From contig OZ287071.1 of the NCBI GenBank assembly GCA_965645245.1, positions 2,790,001 to 2,854,000 on the forward strand: a stretch of DNA of 64,000 bases, given 5' to 3'. Positions 35,688 to 47,869 of the stretch are shown here, in pieces. The translations under genes and the position numbers were made by a program. The notes beneath the pieces are model-generated. The model made no database searches and had not been told where the DNA came from. It worked only from the letters and a program-made list of their open reading frames with translations. The DNA comes from Massalongia carnosa. Its lineage: Eukaryota. How positions within the stretch are numbered: the stretch's first letter is position 1; each line of letters begins with the position of its first letter.

Positions 35688-38600
35688 CTAGAGGAGGACG
35701 TGGAGGACCTGAATCGACTGGGGTTCCGCTTGCGGTGGATTTTGAAGGATTATCCTATGGAATAACCTCACCATCTTGCGTAAATGCTTGATGGCCGCAT
35801 ACGGTTCCCAGCTATCCTCAGACTCAGGGTATCCTTTCCAATGGATCAGATAATAAAGCCCTACAGGTCTCCCGTCCTCCGACTCCCTAGCATAGACAGC
35901 CGAATCTTGAATACTCTCGACCTCGTACTCCTTTGGTTCATTTTCATTGAACTCTATCTGCTCCGCTAATTCTTTATCGACTCCCCCCTTCTTAGTGCCA
36001 TTCTTCTCCAGAAGAGACACATGAAAGACATCGTGGATTCGCCAACGCGGCGGCAGTTGGATGCGATAGGCTTGCTTGCCAATCGGCTCAATAACCATGA
36101 ATGGACCTAGGAACTTGTGTCCAAGCTTCCTATTCCTCTTCGTGTTAAAGTGCTTGCCATCCAACCAAACTGACTCGCCGGGGCTGTACACACGATCCTT
36201 TGTAGCCTTGTTATGGTAGCGAGCTTGAGACTCTTGTGCACCTCTAAGGTTTGCCTTGCACAGGTCCATAAGCTCTTTGAGTTCCGCGACCTCAGCCCCC
36301 GCCGCCCTAGACCGCGAACGGGGCTCCAGCTCATCCTCATAGCTCATCCGCGGATGATAACCGCAGTTCAACTCGAAAGGAGTCAACCCGGTGCTAGAGT
36401 GCTTGGAGTTATTGAAGGCGAACTCAGCCATGGGCAGATACTGCACCCAGTTGTCCTGCTCGAATGAGACAAAGGACCGGAGGTACGCCTCCAACGTGCT
36501 ATTCTGACGCTCTGTATGGCCGTCAGTTTGTGGGTGAAAAGCAGTGCTGAGACGCCTCTTAATGCTAACAAAATAGCACCGCGAGGGCCAGAACTGCGAT
36601 GTGAACAGGGAGCCACGGTCTGTAACTATAGAGTCAGGGAGCCCATGGTATCTCACGACCGAATCCATAATTACTTCCGCGAGGCCTTCAGCCGTCAGCG
36701 TTTTCATCACTGCTTCGTAATGGACCATCTTCGCCAGGCAGTCAACAATGACGAGGATGGAGTCATATCCTACTCCACGCCAGTCGCAACTGCGCGGGAG
36801 CCCTGTAACGAAGTCCATCGTAATGTCTTTCCACTTATGCGAGGGAATCGGCAGGGACTGGAGACTCCCATACGGCTTATGCCGCTGCGACTTCGACCTC
36901 ATGCATACGTCACACGCATCCACGTACTTTTCAACGTCCACCTTGATAGTGTCCCAGTGGTATTTCCGAGTCAGCAACTCCTGGGTCTTTTCAATGCCTA
37001 AAGGCCCCGCCAAGGGGTCATCATGATGGCGCGCCATTAGCTCAGTTCGTAACGTCTCGGGGATATAAGGCTTGCCTTCATAATATAAGACATCCCCGGA
37101 CTCCTTCCAGGGCTCGCCCGAAACACCAGAAAACGCATTAACTTCGGAGGTAGCTAGCCTCTTCCGTACAGCCTGGGCGCCCTTGTCTTCCGCAAGCAAC
37201 TCAGGAAGACGTGGAAGTAATGAACCGATTGCAGTGTAGGGACCCTCTTCAGCCACGACTGCCCTTATAACAGCCCATGACTTGACGAGGTCCGGGACCA
37301 CCGCAGTCCCACAGATAATCACCTCTAACATCATTTTCCTATACCCCTGCGAGTAGTCACGCTCGCGGGGCTTCTTAGGTTGGCTTAATGCCTTGCAGGC
37401 CCGAATGGTCACGGGCTCGTTCAACAGCAAAGAATCCTGCAAGCGGTGCAATATCTGCCTATTCTCAACTATTAACTCATCGTCATCCGCCTCAGCCTGG
37501 GCGGGGCGAGATAAGGCGTGTGCGGGGTTGTGAGAACCCTGACGATAGTCAATCCGAAAGTTATACCGGGAGAGCTCCTGCGCCCAACGGATCTGGCGTC
37601 CGCCGAGTCGTTTGGTATCCATGAACCGTTTTAGGTTGTTGTGGTCGGTGAGAACTAGGACTTCATGAGTGCTGCCTTCGAGATAATGCCTCCAATGCCT
37701 AAAAGCCTCGACAATGGCCAGCAACTCCGCGTCATGCGTTTCATAATTACGCTCCGCGGGAATCATCTTCCTAGAAAAGTAGGCTACTGGATGCCAATGA
37801 CTCTCATCGTCCTTTTGTGATAGTATCCCACCGATGGCATACCCAGATGCATCAGTCTCCACGCGTATATGTCGCTCCGCATCGAAATGCCTGAGGACTG
37901 GGGCCGTGACAAAGGCCCCCTTCAGTTGATCGAACGCTACTAACGCCTCAGCAGTCAGAAACGAGTCCGATTTCGGCATCTTAGGGCCCGTCGTCTTCAG
38001 CATCGCGGTCAAAGGCCTAGCGATCTTACTGAACCCCTTGATGAACCGGCGGTAAAAATTGGCAAAGCCTATAAAGACTTGAATATCGCGAACGCACTGG
38101 GGTCTAGGCCAGCTGCGCACGCTCTCTATCCTATCATTCTCCATCCGAATACCTTCAGGTGAAATAATATACCCAAGAAAGCGAACCTCTTTCTGACTGA
38201 AACGGCACTTCTGCAAATTGGCATACAGGCCGTGCTTTCGTAACTGTTCAAACACCCACTTAACCGCATCAGTGTGCGCTGAACCAGTCTCTCCAGTGTA
38301 AATGAGAATATCGTCTAAATAGACAATGCAAAAAACATCAAGTTTTTCAGCGAGTACCTTGTTAATCAAAGCTTGAAACGTCGCTGGTGCATTGGAAAGC
38401 CCAAAGGGCATAACCTGATATTCGAAATGGCCATAGCGAGTTCGAAAGGCAGTCTTCCACTCGTCTCCCTTTGCTATTCGCACCCTATGGTACGCATGGA
38501 TGAGATCAAGCTGGGTATACTCCTTCGCTCGGCCGAGCCTATCTAGGGCCTCGCCTACTAACGGCAGGGGGTAACGGTTTTTAATCGTTATATTGTTGAG

Positions 38601-39476
38601 ACCCCTGTAGTAGACGCATAGCCGCAATCCTCCGCTGGGCTTCCTAATAAAGAGGATAGGCGCCCCCGCAGGAGAAGTCGACGGTCTGATGAACCCGTTA
38701 TTGAGGTTGACTTCGATATAACCCCTTAGAGCTTCTAACTCCGTGGGACCGAGGCTATAGATAGGCCCATGAGGAGGCGACTTGCCCTCCTCTAGGACGA
38801 TTCTGTGATCATCCGGGGTCAGCGACGGCAACTCGTCAGCTTTCTCCGCAGAGAATACCCCTTCATAATCGGCGTATTCCACAGGGAGCTTGATCTCCTC
38901 TGTAGTCGAAATAGCCTGTAGGTTCACGCGCCTAGCGTCGTCCAACGCATCAAGAATGGCGGCTACTTGTACGACAAAGCAAGCGGACTTATCATCCCGA
39001 GCATCCTCTGCGAAGGTCTCCGGCTCAACTAACTCAATGCGCCTTTCGGTCGGCAAAGAAGTCGAGACAGAATAATCTCTCCAAGTGAGAGACCCTTCAG
39101 CGAAGTGGACGTCCGGGTTGCCGAGTTTCAGAAAAGGCATCCCCAACACAACATCATGAGAGACGTTTGCTATTAGAAAAGTCTCCTCAAACCAGCGAGT
39201 TCGTTCGAGCTTGTCATCAACAGAGAATTTGGCTAACACCATGCCATGGGTAGTCAACCGAGAGCCATCTATCGTAGCTGCACCCCAATTGGTATGCAGG
39301 GTCGGAAGACCTAAAGATCGAACCAACTCTGGAGCGATAGCATTGACTTCGCTACCAGAATCGATCAAGGCTTTCAGACTAGAAAGATCCTTCACCATCT
39401 GCATGTCGTACAACATATAGGGTTCTCTTTGAAAACGGGGCGCATGCTTGGCAATTGCCTCCCTAGGGTCAGTCAC
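35688..39476 (-). CDS. pol: Gypsy Pol with chromodomain; several conserved residues are mutated
   Basis: LIDSGS, YLDD, TDASG..NYETHDAEL, DFVT..TDRG, HDVFHVSLL, YEVESIQD..YLIHWKGY. Confidence 0.93.
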   Translation of the reverse strand: MTDPREAIAKHAPRFQREPYMLYDMQMVKDLSSLKALIDSGSEVNAIAPELVRSLGLPTLHTNWGAATIDGSRLTTHGMVLAKFSVDDKLERTRWFEETFLIANVSHDVVLGMPFLKLGNPDVHFAEGSLTWRDYSVSTSLPTERRIELVEPETFAEDARDDKSACFVVQVAAILDALDDARRVNLQAISTTEEIKLPVEYADYEGVFSAEKADELPSLTPDDHRIVLEEGKSPPHGPIYSLGPTELEALRGYIEVNLNNGFIRPSTSPAGAPILFIRKPSGGLRLCVYYRGLNNITIKNRYPLPLVGEALDRLGRAKEYTQLDLIHAYHRVRIAKGDEWKTAFRTRYGHFEYQVMPFGLSNAPATFQALINKVLAEKLDVFCIVYLDDILIYTGETGSAHTDAVKWVFEQLRKHGLYANLQKCRFSQKEVRFLGYIISPEGIRMENDRIESVRSWPRPQCVRDIQVFIGFANFYRRFIKGFSKIARPLTAMLKTTGPKMPKSDSFLTAEALVAFDQLKGAFVTAPVLRHFDAERHIRVETDASGYAIGGILSQKDDESHWHPVAYFSRKMIPAERNYETHDAELLAIVEAFRHWRHYLEGSTHEVLVLTDHNNLKRFMDTKRLGGRQIRWAQELSRYNFRIDYRQGSHNPAHALSRPAQAEADDDELIVENRQILHRLQDSLLLNEPVTIRACKALSQPKKPRERDYSQGYRKMMLEVIICGTAVVPDLVKSWAVIRAVVAEEGPYTAIGSLLPRLPELLAEDKGAQAVRKRLATSEVNAFSGVSGEPWKESGDVLYYEGKPYIPETLRTELMARHHDDPLAGPLGIEKTQELLTRKYHWDTIKVDVEKYVDACDVCMRSKSQRHKPYGSLQSLPIPSHKWKDITMDFVTGLPRSCDWRGVGYDSILVIVDCLAKMVHYEAVMKTLTAEGLAEVIMDSVVRYHGLPDSIVTDRGSLFTSQFWPSRCYFVSIKRRLSTAFHPQTDGHTERQNSTLEAYLRSFVSFEQDNWVQYLPMAEFAFNNSKHSSTGLTPFELNCGYHPRMSYEDELEPRSRSRAAGAEVAELKELMDLCKANLRGAQESQARYHNKATKDRVYSPGESVWLDGKHFNTKRNRKLGHKFLGPFMVIEPIGKQAYRIQLPPRWRIHDVFHVSLLEKNGTKKGGVDKELAEQIEFNENEPKEYEVESIQDSAVYARESEDGRPVGLYYLIHWKGYPESEDSWEPYAAIKHLRKMVRLFHRIILQNPPQAEPQSIQVLHVLL

Positions 39477-39502
39477 CGGTTCGGAAGTAACGCCGGCGAC
39501 AG

Positions 39503-40850
39503 CTAGTTTTTTGGCTTGGGAGGATTGGTGCAGTGGGTAGAGATATGCCCTTTTTCACCGCATCTATAGCAGGTGACTTCGGCAGGAGGCTCTGCGTTGG
39601 CGCCAGTGGCAGGCGTCTTGTTGGCAGAGGTGCCGGAAGATTCGGTAGGCTTGTTGTTACCCTTGCCACGTCTGTGATTCTTACCCTGAGTCTTCGACGA
39701 TCGAGTTTGCGAGGCATCCCTTGACTTATCGCGACGAGAGTCGCGATGTGAGGAGTTCTTGGTCGAGGTGTGCATATTAACGGATGCCTCGGCCTGCATT
39801 GCGAGAGCGACGAATTGCGAGTAGGTGCTCGCATTGTCAACCATGTTGTAAAGGGCTGATTTAATCTCAGGACGCAGAGCATTTCGAGCGCGGCGAATCA
39901 TGTCGGACTCGCGGGGGAAATGAAGGTCATACTCCTGAAGAACGGAGCACAATTGTTGAAGCTGTACGCTAAACGTGCGTACGTTGTCTCCAGGGCGCTG
40001 AACAAAACTAAAGAACTTTCCCCAGGTTTTGTCCACGAAGGTCTTCTCGTTGCCAAGGTCATCCCAGAGGACCTTTGAGAATTCGGCCCAGGGTGGGTCG
40101 TAATCAAGCGGCAATGTCTGGACGTATTCTGACCATACATGGCCAACAGTCTCTCCGCGAAGAAAGGAAGCCGCGAAAGAGACGGAGGAAGAATCATCGG
40201 GATGCGCCCGTGCAGTTTTTGAAGTACTCGTGACACTGACGAGCGAACTCATGCAGCTCCTTGTGACTACTTCCCTTGTATATGGCAGAAACCTTGGGCT
40301 TCAGTAAGGGACGAGAGGCGCCGTCATAACGGCGGCTTGAGTAGTCACACGAAGGTGACCGGCGGCGATGGTAATGGCCGGGCGAGCGAGAGCGAGAGTC
40401 CCGGCGGGTATGATGACTATTCCGCCTGGATGACCTCTCAGGCGACTGGGGTGCCCGAGGAGATCGTGGGGCCGATCGAGATTGGCGAGCAGACCGAGAG
40501 GGAGTTCGGCCCTGGCCCTGGTTGATTTGGTCCAGGGTAGACTGGATAGCAGCCCATTGCTCGGCAGTCAGAGTCACTGTGGTAGCTGACGTGCCAGAGG
40601 AAGGACGGGAGGAGCCGTGCGGGCCGACAGGAAGGGGGCCATTAGACGGCGGAGCACCAGATGCATTGGCTGAATTTAGCTGAAGCACCGGAGGTGCCGA
40701 GGAGAGAAGGATCCATTGAGGCCCTAATTGCAGCGGACTGGCTGCGGGTGGCCATGGAAGAATCGATGAGGAAGTTTGGCCTGAACGACGAAAGGCCAAA
40801 TGGTGCTGGATGGCGAAAGCGGTAAAAAGCAGCACCCTTATTGCGACCAC
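39503..40850 (-). pseudogene. gag: Gypsy Gag, frameshifted near 40205
   Basis: ORFs 40194-40850 (YKGSSHKELHEF) and 39503-40252 (CYRCGEKGHISTHC). Confidence 0.85.
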
Positions 40851-43800
40851 CGGATCGTGCTAATCCGGAGATATATAGAGCAATTAGAATTGAAACGGGG
40901 AGACCTTCTCCCAGCAGGCATTCACTACTGGAAGATGGGATCCACAGGGGCTACACAACGTGATGGTCACAATAGAGGTACAAAATAGGTAGGGTCGGGT
41001 CAAAGGGTAGACTAAATGCTACCCTTTTGAAGTGCTTGATCATTGATCTATATAGGATAGGACAATCCATAACCTAAGCTCTTCTTCCATACCTTGCCCA
41101 TACTACCTGGTATTTTCGGACTCCGAAATACTTCGGACACCGAAAGACACGGGTAGATAAGACTAGGCAGGTGAGCTAGGGGAGGTGAGGCGAGGCGAGG
41201 GGATACTTCGTGTACTACGAAAACACCTCCATAATAAGTTAAGTCCCCACACTATGCCTAACTGGGTTAGGCGGGACCTTATTGTCTTGGTGGTTGTTTT
41301 GGCTGTACGTATCCCACATAGCCACATAGGCCAGTCTTACGTTCAACGAACGCATACTAGGCCTACCCTATTACAGTTGATGAGCGAGTTATTTTCTCCT
41401 GTATTTCGTCCTGACTAGGTGAGTTATCTTCTATGGTCAATTGCTCTATACGCTTATTGACTGATAAGTCATAAGTCTAGCCATTCTTCTTCCTCACTAT
41501 CTATCTCCTGAAATGGAGGGCGTGGTTCAACTACATGAAACTCTATAAAGCTCGCTTTTTCAGTCTCCTTTAGCAATAGCTCCTTATTCGACGTATAGGC
41601 GCTATAAAGCTCATCTTCGTTGAATATGACGTCTCTATAACCGCTGACATCTCCCTTTTCTGGATTCCATATCCTGAAGATATTGGTTGAATCATAGCCA
41701 ACCAAATAGCCAACAAATGCCCTAGGTTTCAAATTATTGCTTTTGGGAGGAGCATCGGCCCCTTTTAGCAATGGATACGCCTTGCAACCAAACACTTTTA
41801 GATGAGCCAGCTCGTATCTGACTGATTGACCCGGATTGGTCAGTTTCTGCAATTTGACCAATGGGGAGTCCCATTCCAGAGCTTTATTAGGGGTTCGATT
41901 CATCAGATGGGCTGCAGCTAAATAGCACTCCGGATACAGGTCTTCTGGCATTTTTGCATATTCCCTGATGCATCGAGCTTTTCCAGTTAATAGGGCTCCG
42001 AAACGCTCCGAAACGCCATTTTGCTCAGGGGTATTCTTTGCTGACCATGACCATTCTATGCCTTGCTGACTGATCCATGCTTCTAGGACTTTTCCTATTG
42101 ATGTTTCTTGCCCCGTGAGAATCGTGGTTACCATTGAATTAATGGAAATGCCAGCTCTATCGCATTGATTGATCAAGCTTTTGAAGATGGGCAATAGGGT
42201 CTTTTCCTTATGATTATTCAATGGATAAACCCATACATATGAGGTAAATTCGTCCGTAAAATGAGCTATACAGCTCGTTCCATCGAACCCCTTATTATTG
42301 ATGGTTAGGTCAAAATGAAGCACCTGATATGGCTTGATGGCACGCCCTGACGGAGCTTTATTGATGACTCTATGCATTTTGGAGACTGCACACGTTTCGC
42401 ATTGAATGGTCCTAGGTGCGTTTTCACCCCCTACGCCTTTTGAAACTGTCACCTCATCGATCTTCTTTAGCTGGTCAATCACCTCTGGCCGGCAATGACC
42501 GAGACGAAGATGCCATTTCTATGGAGTTGCTTTTGACGTATCGCGTGGCTGCACTGAGTTAGCAAACCCTATATCTATGAATTCAGGGTTATATTCTATG
42601 ATTGAGAGCCCATAGTGCTCCTTTATTTCACATATTTGTTGCCCTGTCTCCTTAACTATAAGGATATCAGTGAACATATCCCAGAAAAAGCCTCGTTTTT
42701 CAAATTATTGGCCGAAACCAACGTCACTGATGAATCAGGAATATAAGCTGTTCCTTCGAATAATAGCTCCCTTTTCTGGCCATTCAATAGGCCATTTACC
42801 CTCATTGTGCCATGACCATGGATTTTCATCTCCCCGTCGGGGGTGTCCACCGACATGTCTGACGAAGTTGGGGTTATCTCTCCTATAAACCGTGATTTAT
42901 CATGGGTCAGGGGGTTATCGCATCTAGAGTCAAAGATGACGCTTTTATGCAAGGGGTTATTTGCCCTAGATGTAACGTTCGCAAACGAGAAGGATTGACT
43001 AGGAAATTCAATGTGATTGCCCTGATTATGTTAATCATTCTCTGCTTTATGGGAGCTCTTTTTGACTGACTCCTCAGTTATTCCATCTAGTATGTTGGTG
43101 TCGGTGACCTTCTTAATGGCCATGAAAAACAGAATGTTTGACTGAATTTTCTGACGTATTTCATTGCGTACGGTTTTATCTTCCTTCCATGTAGGGGGGC
43201 GAGCTGATTTGACGATATATGGGCATAGCCTGAACAGGTGTATTTTCCCGCATACGCACTTTCTATCCTTGAATCTGGCCTCTTTTGATTGGCCATTCCA
43301 TTGACTTGATTGGCTAGGCCCCGGACATTTATTTTCGTCTTGCATTTGCCCCTGCAGCGAGGCTGCATTAGCTTGATTTCTAGACGTTGATTGTGCCTCA
43401 TTCAGGAATGATTCCACGGCTAAACGATATTCCCTGGTTGTCTCGTAAAATTCAACCGTCGTCTTAGCAGCCCTATGCTGCATTACCCAATTTTCACAGA
43501 AATTGGGCGCCCATTTCTTCCCTGATTGGAGAAATTCATTGATGAATATGGTCTCGGAGCCAAATAGGCCCGTTACATTGAGCTCAACAATTTGTCCCTT
43601 AATATTCTCCCAATCAGCTACCCATGCCTCTATTTTACCTTTAATGGGCAGGGTTTTTAGGGCTAGAAATTGCTCATGCAATTGCTCTATGACTTGGTCA
43701 TCTGACCGCTTATATCTTGCAGCCAGAATTTTCACTATTTCCCTAACCGATGAAGCCATCTTATTGGGGGGGATGTATGCTCGTGCGGAGCTCTTTAGTG

Positions 43801-44363
43801 CATTGTCCACTATTCTGAGTCCTTGGGCGACCTTCTCCACCTGTTTTTCCTTCATCTTATAGGCTGATATCTCCATTTTATAGTCCTCCTTTTGCTCAGC
43901 CGATAAATCGCCGTATTTCTCAGCCGATTTCGTGGCTATTACAACTCCACCTTCTATAATGGGGTAAGCAATTCCACCTGCTGGCTGTGCTTGAATAGGG
44001 ACTTGATATTGTGAAACTTCCGGATATTCTCCTTCTTCGGGCTCCGGTTTTGAACCATTGGGGTCCACATATTGCCATACCTTCGCTTTCTCGGATATTC
44101 CTTGTAATTCCCTAATCCATAGATGATAATTCTTGGGAGTTAGGGCGATCATCGTTGCTTTGTTGGTCTCCTCCATTTTGATCGTTTTGTTGGATCGTTT
44201 TGGGAAGAGGGTTTTATTCAACTAGATCAATGAGTAGGAATTTGAAGCTTCTATGCTCACCGGGCTCATAACTATCAAGCTGTATGGGCTAAAGTGGAAT
44301 ATTGGTGAAAAGAAGTGGTGTGTATTGATCTATGGGAGGTCTAGGCTAGCTAACTGAGGGATA

Positions 44364-47218
44364 GAAGAGTTGCGGGGGCAACCGCCCAAAAGGGGCAACC
44401 GCCCAAAAGGGGCAACCGCCCAAAAAGTGCCCCATTGCTCCTTTTTCATAATTTATTCAACAACCACACCATTTAAATCGTTATAAAAGCAATGGATCGA
44501 AGCGTACGCTCTGGGAGAGAAGAGATTGTCTGTTAGTATATCCCTTTTTCAGCTCTGGCGAGTGCTAAAAATCTAGAAGTCGTCCAATTCGATATCCCCG
44601 ATTCGGTTTGTTTTGCACTTAACCAATACATCCTCAAATATCGCGAACCTACCTCTTCACGCCATAGAACCGGTATCTCTTTATGCGAGGTCGATTCTAC
44701 AAGCCATTTTGGGTGGATTTTGGTTCGGGACAGCCCAAAAATCGACTCTTAGATGCGGGCTGGATTGGATATTTGGTGCGAAGTGGATTATAAAAGTGAT
44801 GCTCTTTGGTCAGAGCGTGGAGGCAGAGAGTGGTGGACAGGGAGCGTCCTTTGGTGGTGCTAGGACGAAGGAATAAGTGGAGGGAGTACTACGGAAGGAG
44901 ACAGCCAAGAAGGCGGGCAGGAGGGGGAGGGTTCAAAAGCTTAGGGCGTATCGAAGCTTTTGAGTGGCTTATGCAATTCATATAACTCTGGCCTTAATAA
45001 CTCTGCCACGCGTACTCTTGAGTGGTTCTTTTGGAGCTTCCTCTTGGCCTTCTTGCGGAGGGTCCACCGGCCCTGTCTGTACTCCTTTGCCCTTTAAAAC
45101 CTGCCTTTCTCGTTGATTCCTTGGCCTTAGAGGCTTGCCTAGGGTCTTTCTGGTGGGTGAGAACTCAATTTCGAGGCGCTCTAGAGCCGTAAACGTCTCC
45201 GTATCGGTAGGGTTAAGGGAGAGCTTGGCGATAGAGTTGATTATGTGGTTTTGAGTGCCAACCTGGGTCTTCTTTGGCGATGGTGGTAGTGTAACAGCCT
45301 CCCCTCCAAATAGTCGAGGCGTCCACGAGAGGAACTGCTTCCAAAGAGTATTCTCTTGACGTTGGATCGCTTTCTTCCATGACTCCCAAGCTTTGGCCTT
45401 CTTGGCCTGTCGTTTCTCCTGCTTTTCGGTCTCGATACGCTCCGCCGTCTCCTTGTCCATAACCTTGGCCTCTCCGTAGGCCTCATGACTTCTCCCTTTC
45501 TTCTTCCCCTTTTGCTTTCCAGCCTCTACGAGCTCCGTAATAGTTTGCCCTTGAATCATACTTAGAGCCATCTTCTGGCCACATGCTTTAGCAAGCTTAA
45601 GGGCAACTTGCTCCCAGTAGTCAAACTCCGCTTGAACGCTAGCTAGCTTTGCTCCGGCCAAAAGCTTGTCGACGTCCACGATATTAGCAGGAGTAGCGGC
45701 CGAAAGGGGTACGAGAGCAGTTCCGTCTCTAGTTGTTGGACTGCTTCCACTTGTAGGTGTCGCGGGAGGTTGAAAGGAGGATGAATTTAAGCTCATAATT
45801 GAAGGTCCAGAGCTTGGTATCGAAGATGGTATTTGTTGAAGGACGACAGACGGGTTGTAGGGCGTGTGGCCGGTAGCGTGCCACGCTTTAATGACATTCT
45901 CTGGTGTAATAGCCTTTACTCGAGCTTCTTGAATTAGCTCTAGGAAGTCGACTTTTGATATTTGATATGTAATATTGAATCGACTCCGTTCTCGAACCGC
46001 TGTCTTGTAGTAGTGAGCCAAAAGCCTAAATACCCCGACGTCGAGAGGCTGTACGAGGTGAGTAACGTGAGCTGGCAAGCAAAGAGAGAGAATCTTATGC
46101 TCTAAACAAAAATCGATAGCTTTCCCTGTAAGATGAGACCCATGGCCGTCGAATATAAGGAGTCTCCACTTGCTAGGAGTCGTTGGACGAGTCTCTGGTT
46201 CAAAGCACCGCTTTAACCACTCAAAGCAAAGCTCATTATCTGTCCAACCATTCTCCGAGACTGATATATGGCCGGTTTTAAATGCGTCCCACCAAGCTTT
46301 CATCTGTTGTTTGCCCTTGAATATAACCCATGGTTTAAGAGACCTCCCACTAAGCCCAATAGCTTCAATAAGGGTCACCCACTCTCGATTCCCACAAGCC
46401 GTCATGTACTGAGATATCTCCTTTTTGGGTATTATAACCCTTGTCTTGCCAATGACCCCCGTAGCAACTCCTTTCTCATCCATATTGTACTAGTTTTCGG
46501 TATCAATATCGTACTGATCCACAGTATTCTTATAGAGCTCGAGGTAGCGTAGAATTGTAGCGGGATCAATAGCTAGAGTACGCTCTTTTTCGATAGGACT
46601 GACGAATTTTGACTTAATGCTTGGGTGACGGTCCATAAACTGCTGGATCCAGGTGTGCCCTAGGGGGTTCATGTCGCCCTTCGCTTGAGGAGCTCGTACG
46701 CCATCTTTAGGAGCTGTTGATGGGTGGGTGGATATCCCCAGCTAGCTAGAACGACGATATAACTGACAAGAACGTCTTCCTTTAGCGGAGTGAGCTTTTG
46801 CATGGCTTGGTTAGCTGCTTTTTTCGATATAGCACCATTTTTTCGATCCCGTAAAGTCTCCCATACCACCCCTTGAAGCCTAGCTGCTTCACGAAGACTT
46901 ATAGGCTTATTAGAAGCTTGCCCAGTGGTCCAAATCTCTAGGGCACGTTCCATTCGAGTGTCATAGTCGACGTCTGGTGGGGAGCTATATCGTCAGGGTC
47001 GTCAAAGTACTCGGGGTTTGGACGTTTCGGCTTATAATTTCGAACCATGATGATAGCTAATGTTAATAGAAAATTGATCGAATTTTCACCTGCAAAATCG
47101 TATGGAGAGTTTTCGGAAGTGGTTAATTTTCTATGATTTATTCACGATGGGGCATTTTTTGGGCGGTTGCCCCTTTTGGGCGGTTGCCCCTTTTGGGCGG
47201 TTGCCCCCGCAACTCTTC
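44364..47218 (-). mobile_element. pogo/Fot1-like DNA transposon
   Basis: TA|GAAGAGTTGCGGGGGCAACC...GGTTGCCCCCGCAACTCTTC|TA; ~70-bp TIRs containing 3 copies of GGGGCAACCGCCCAAAA. Confidence 0.95.
44978..47048 (-). pseudogene. Fot1/pogo DDE transposase with frameshifts and a stop
   Basis: SLREAARLQGV HTH, NMDEKG, NGWTD, LIFDGHGSH, HLVQPLDVGVF; split into ORFs 46669-46953, 46490-46672 and 44978-46483. Confidence 0.92.
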
Positions 47219-47220
47219 TA

Positions 47221-47869
47221 TAGCATTCTGATTTTCACCCTTCAGTGCTATAGCACCTTCCCTTCAAAATACATTCACTGTCGGAGAAGCATCATCCTGC
47301 ATCAGGCCGAGCTCAGTCATCAATAAGCGTATCCATATGGTCTCTTTAGCAGCCAAGGTAAGTGCCATATATTCTGCTTCTGTGGATGAGAGTGCGACGG
47401 TTTGTTGTCTTCTGGAACACCAACTGATTGGTCCGTTATTTAACATAAAGACATATCCGGAGGTGTACTTGCTGTCTTCCTTGTCTCCGGCTCAGTCGGA
47501 ATCGGAATAGCCCTGTACAGACATATCTCCTCCAACCAAGGTGATACTTCTGTCTTTGGTGGCACTGAGGTATCGGAGTATGTGTTTGGCTGCTTTCATA
47601 TGTGTTTTGCCTGGGTTTTTGGCATGTCGGCTAACCACTGAGGTTGCAAAGGCTATATCTGGCCGTGTCTCTATGATGCCAAACATGATGGACCCTACTA
47701 TGGCTTGATATTGCTTGATGTCTGATTCTGAGGCCTGAGATTCATTTCTGAATAGACTGCCTTCTTTCATAGGGATTCTGGCTAATAGAACAAGTGGGTC
47801 CTCTGCATGTCTGTCTTCAGATGTATGGACATGGTCTGGTTCAACTAAAGCTTTGTCGGAGAGCAGAGA
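47221..47869 (-). pseudogene. Copia RT C-terminus / RNase H fragment
   Basis: TRPDIAFA, GYSDSD*, SWCSRRQQTVALSSTEAEY. Confidence 0.85.

Larger units (their letters stand above)
34719..41375 (-). mobile_element. Full-length Ty3/gypsy chromovirus nested in the copia
   Basis: 485-bp LTRs 34719-35203 and 40891-41375 (one mismatch seen); TSD GTTGA. Confidence 0.96.
31419..44363 (-). mobile_element. Decayed Ty1/copia hosting three nested insertions
   Basis: LTR 31419-31572 and partial LTR 44273-44363; PBS GTTATGAGCCCGG. Fragments: gag 43031-44221, protease 42656-42952, integrase 41469-42482, RT 33151-34709 (YVDD), RNase H 31670-32119. Stops and frameshifts. Confidence 0.92.
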
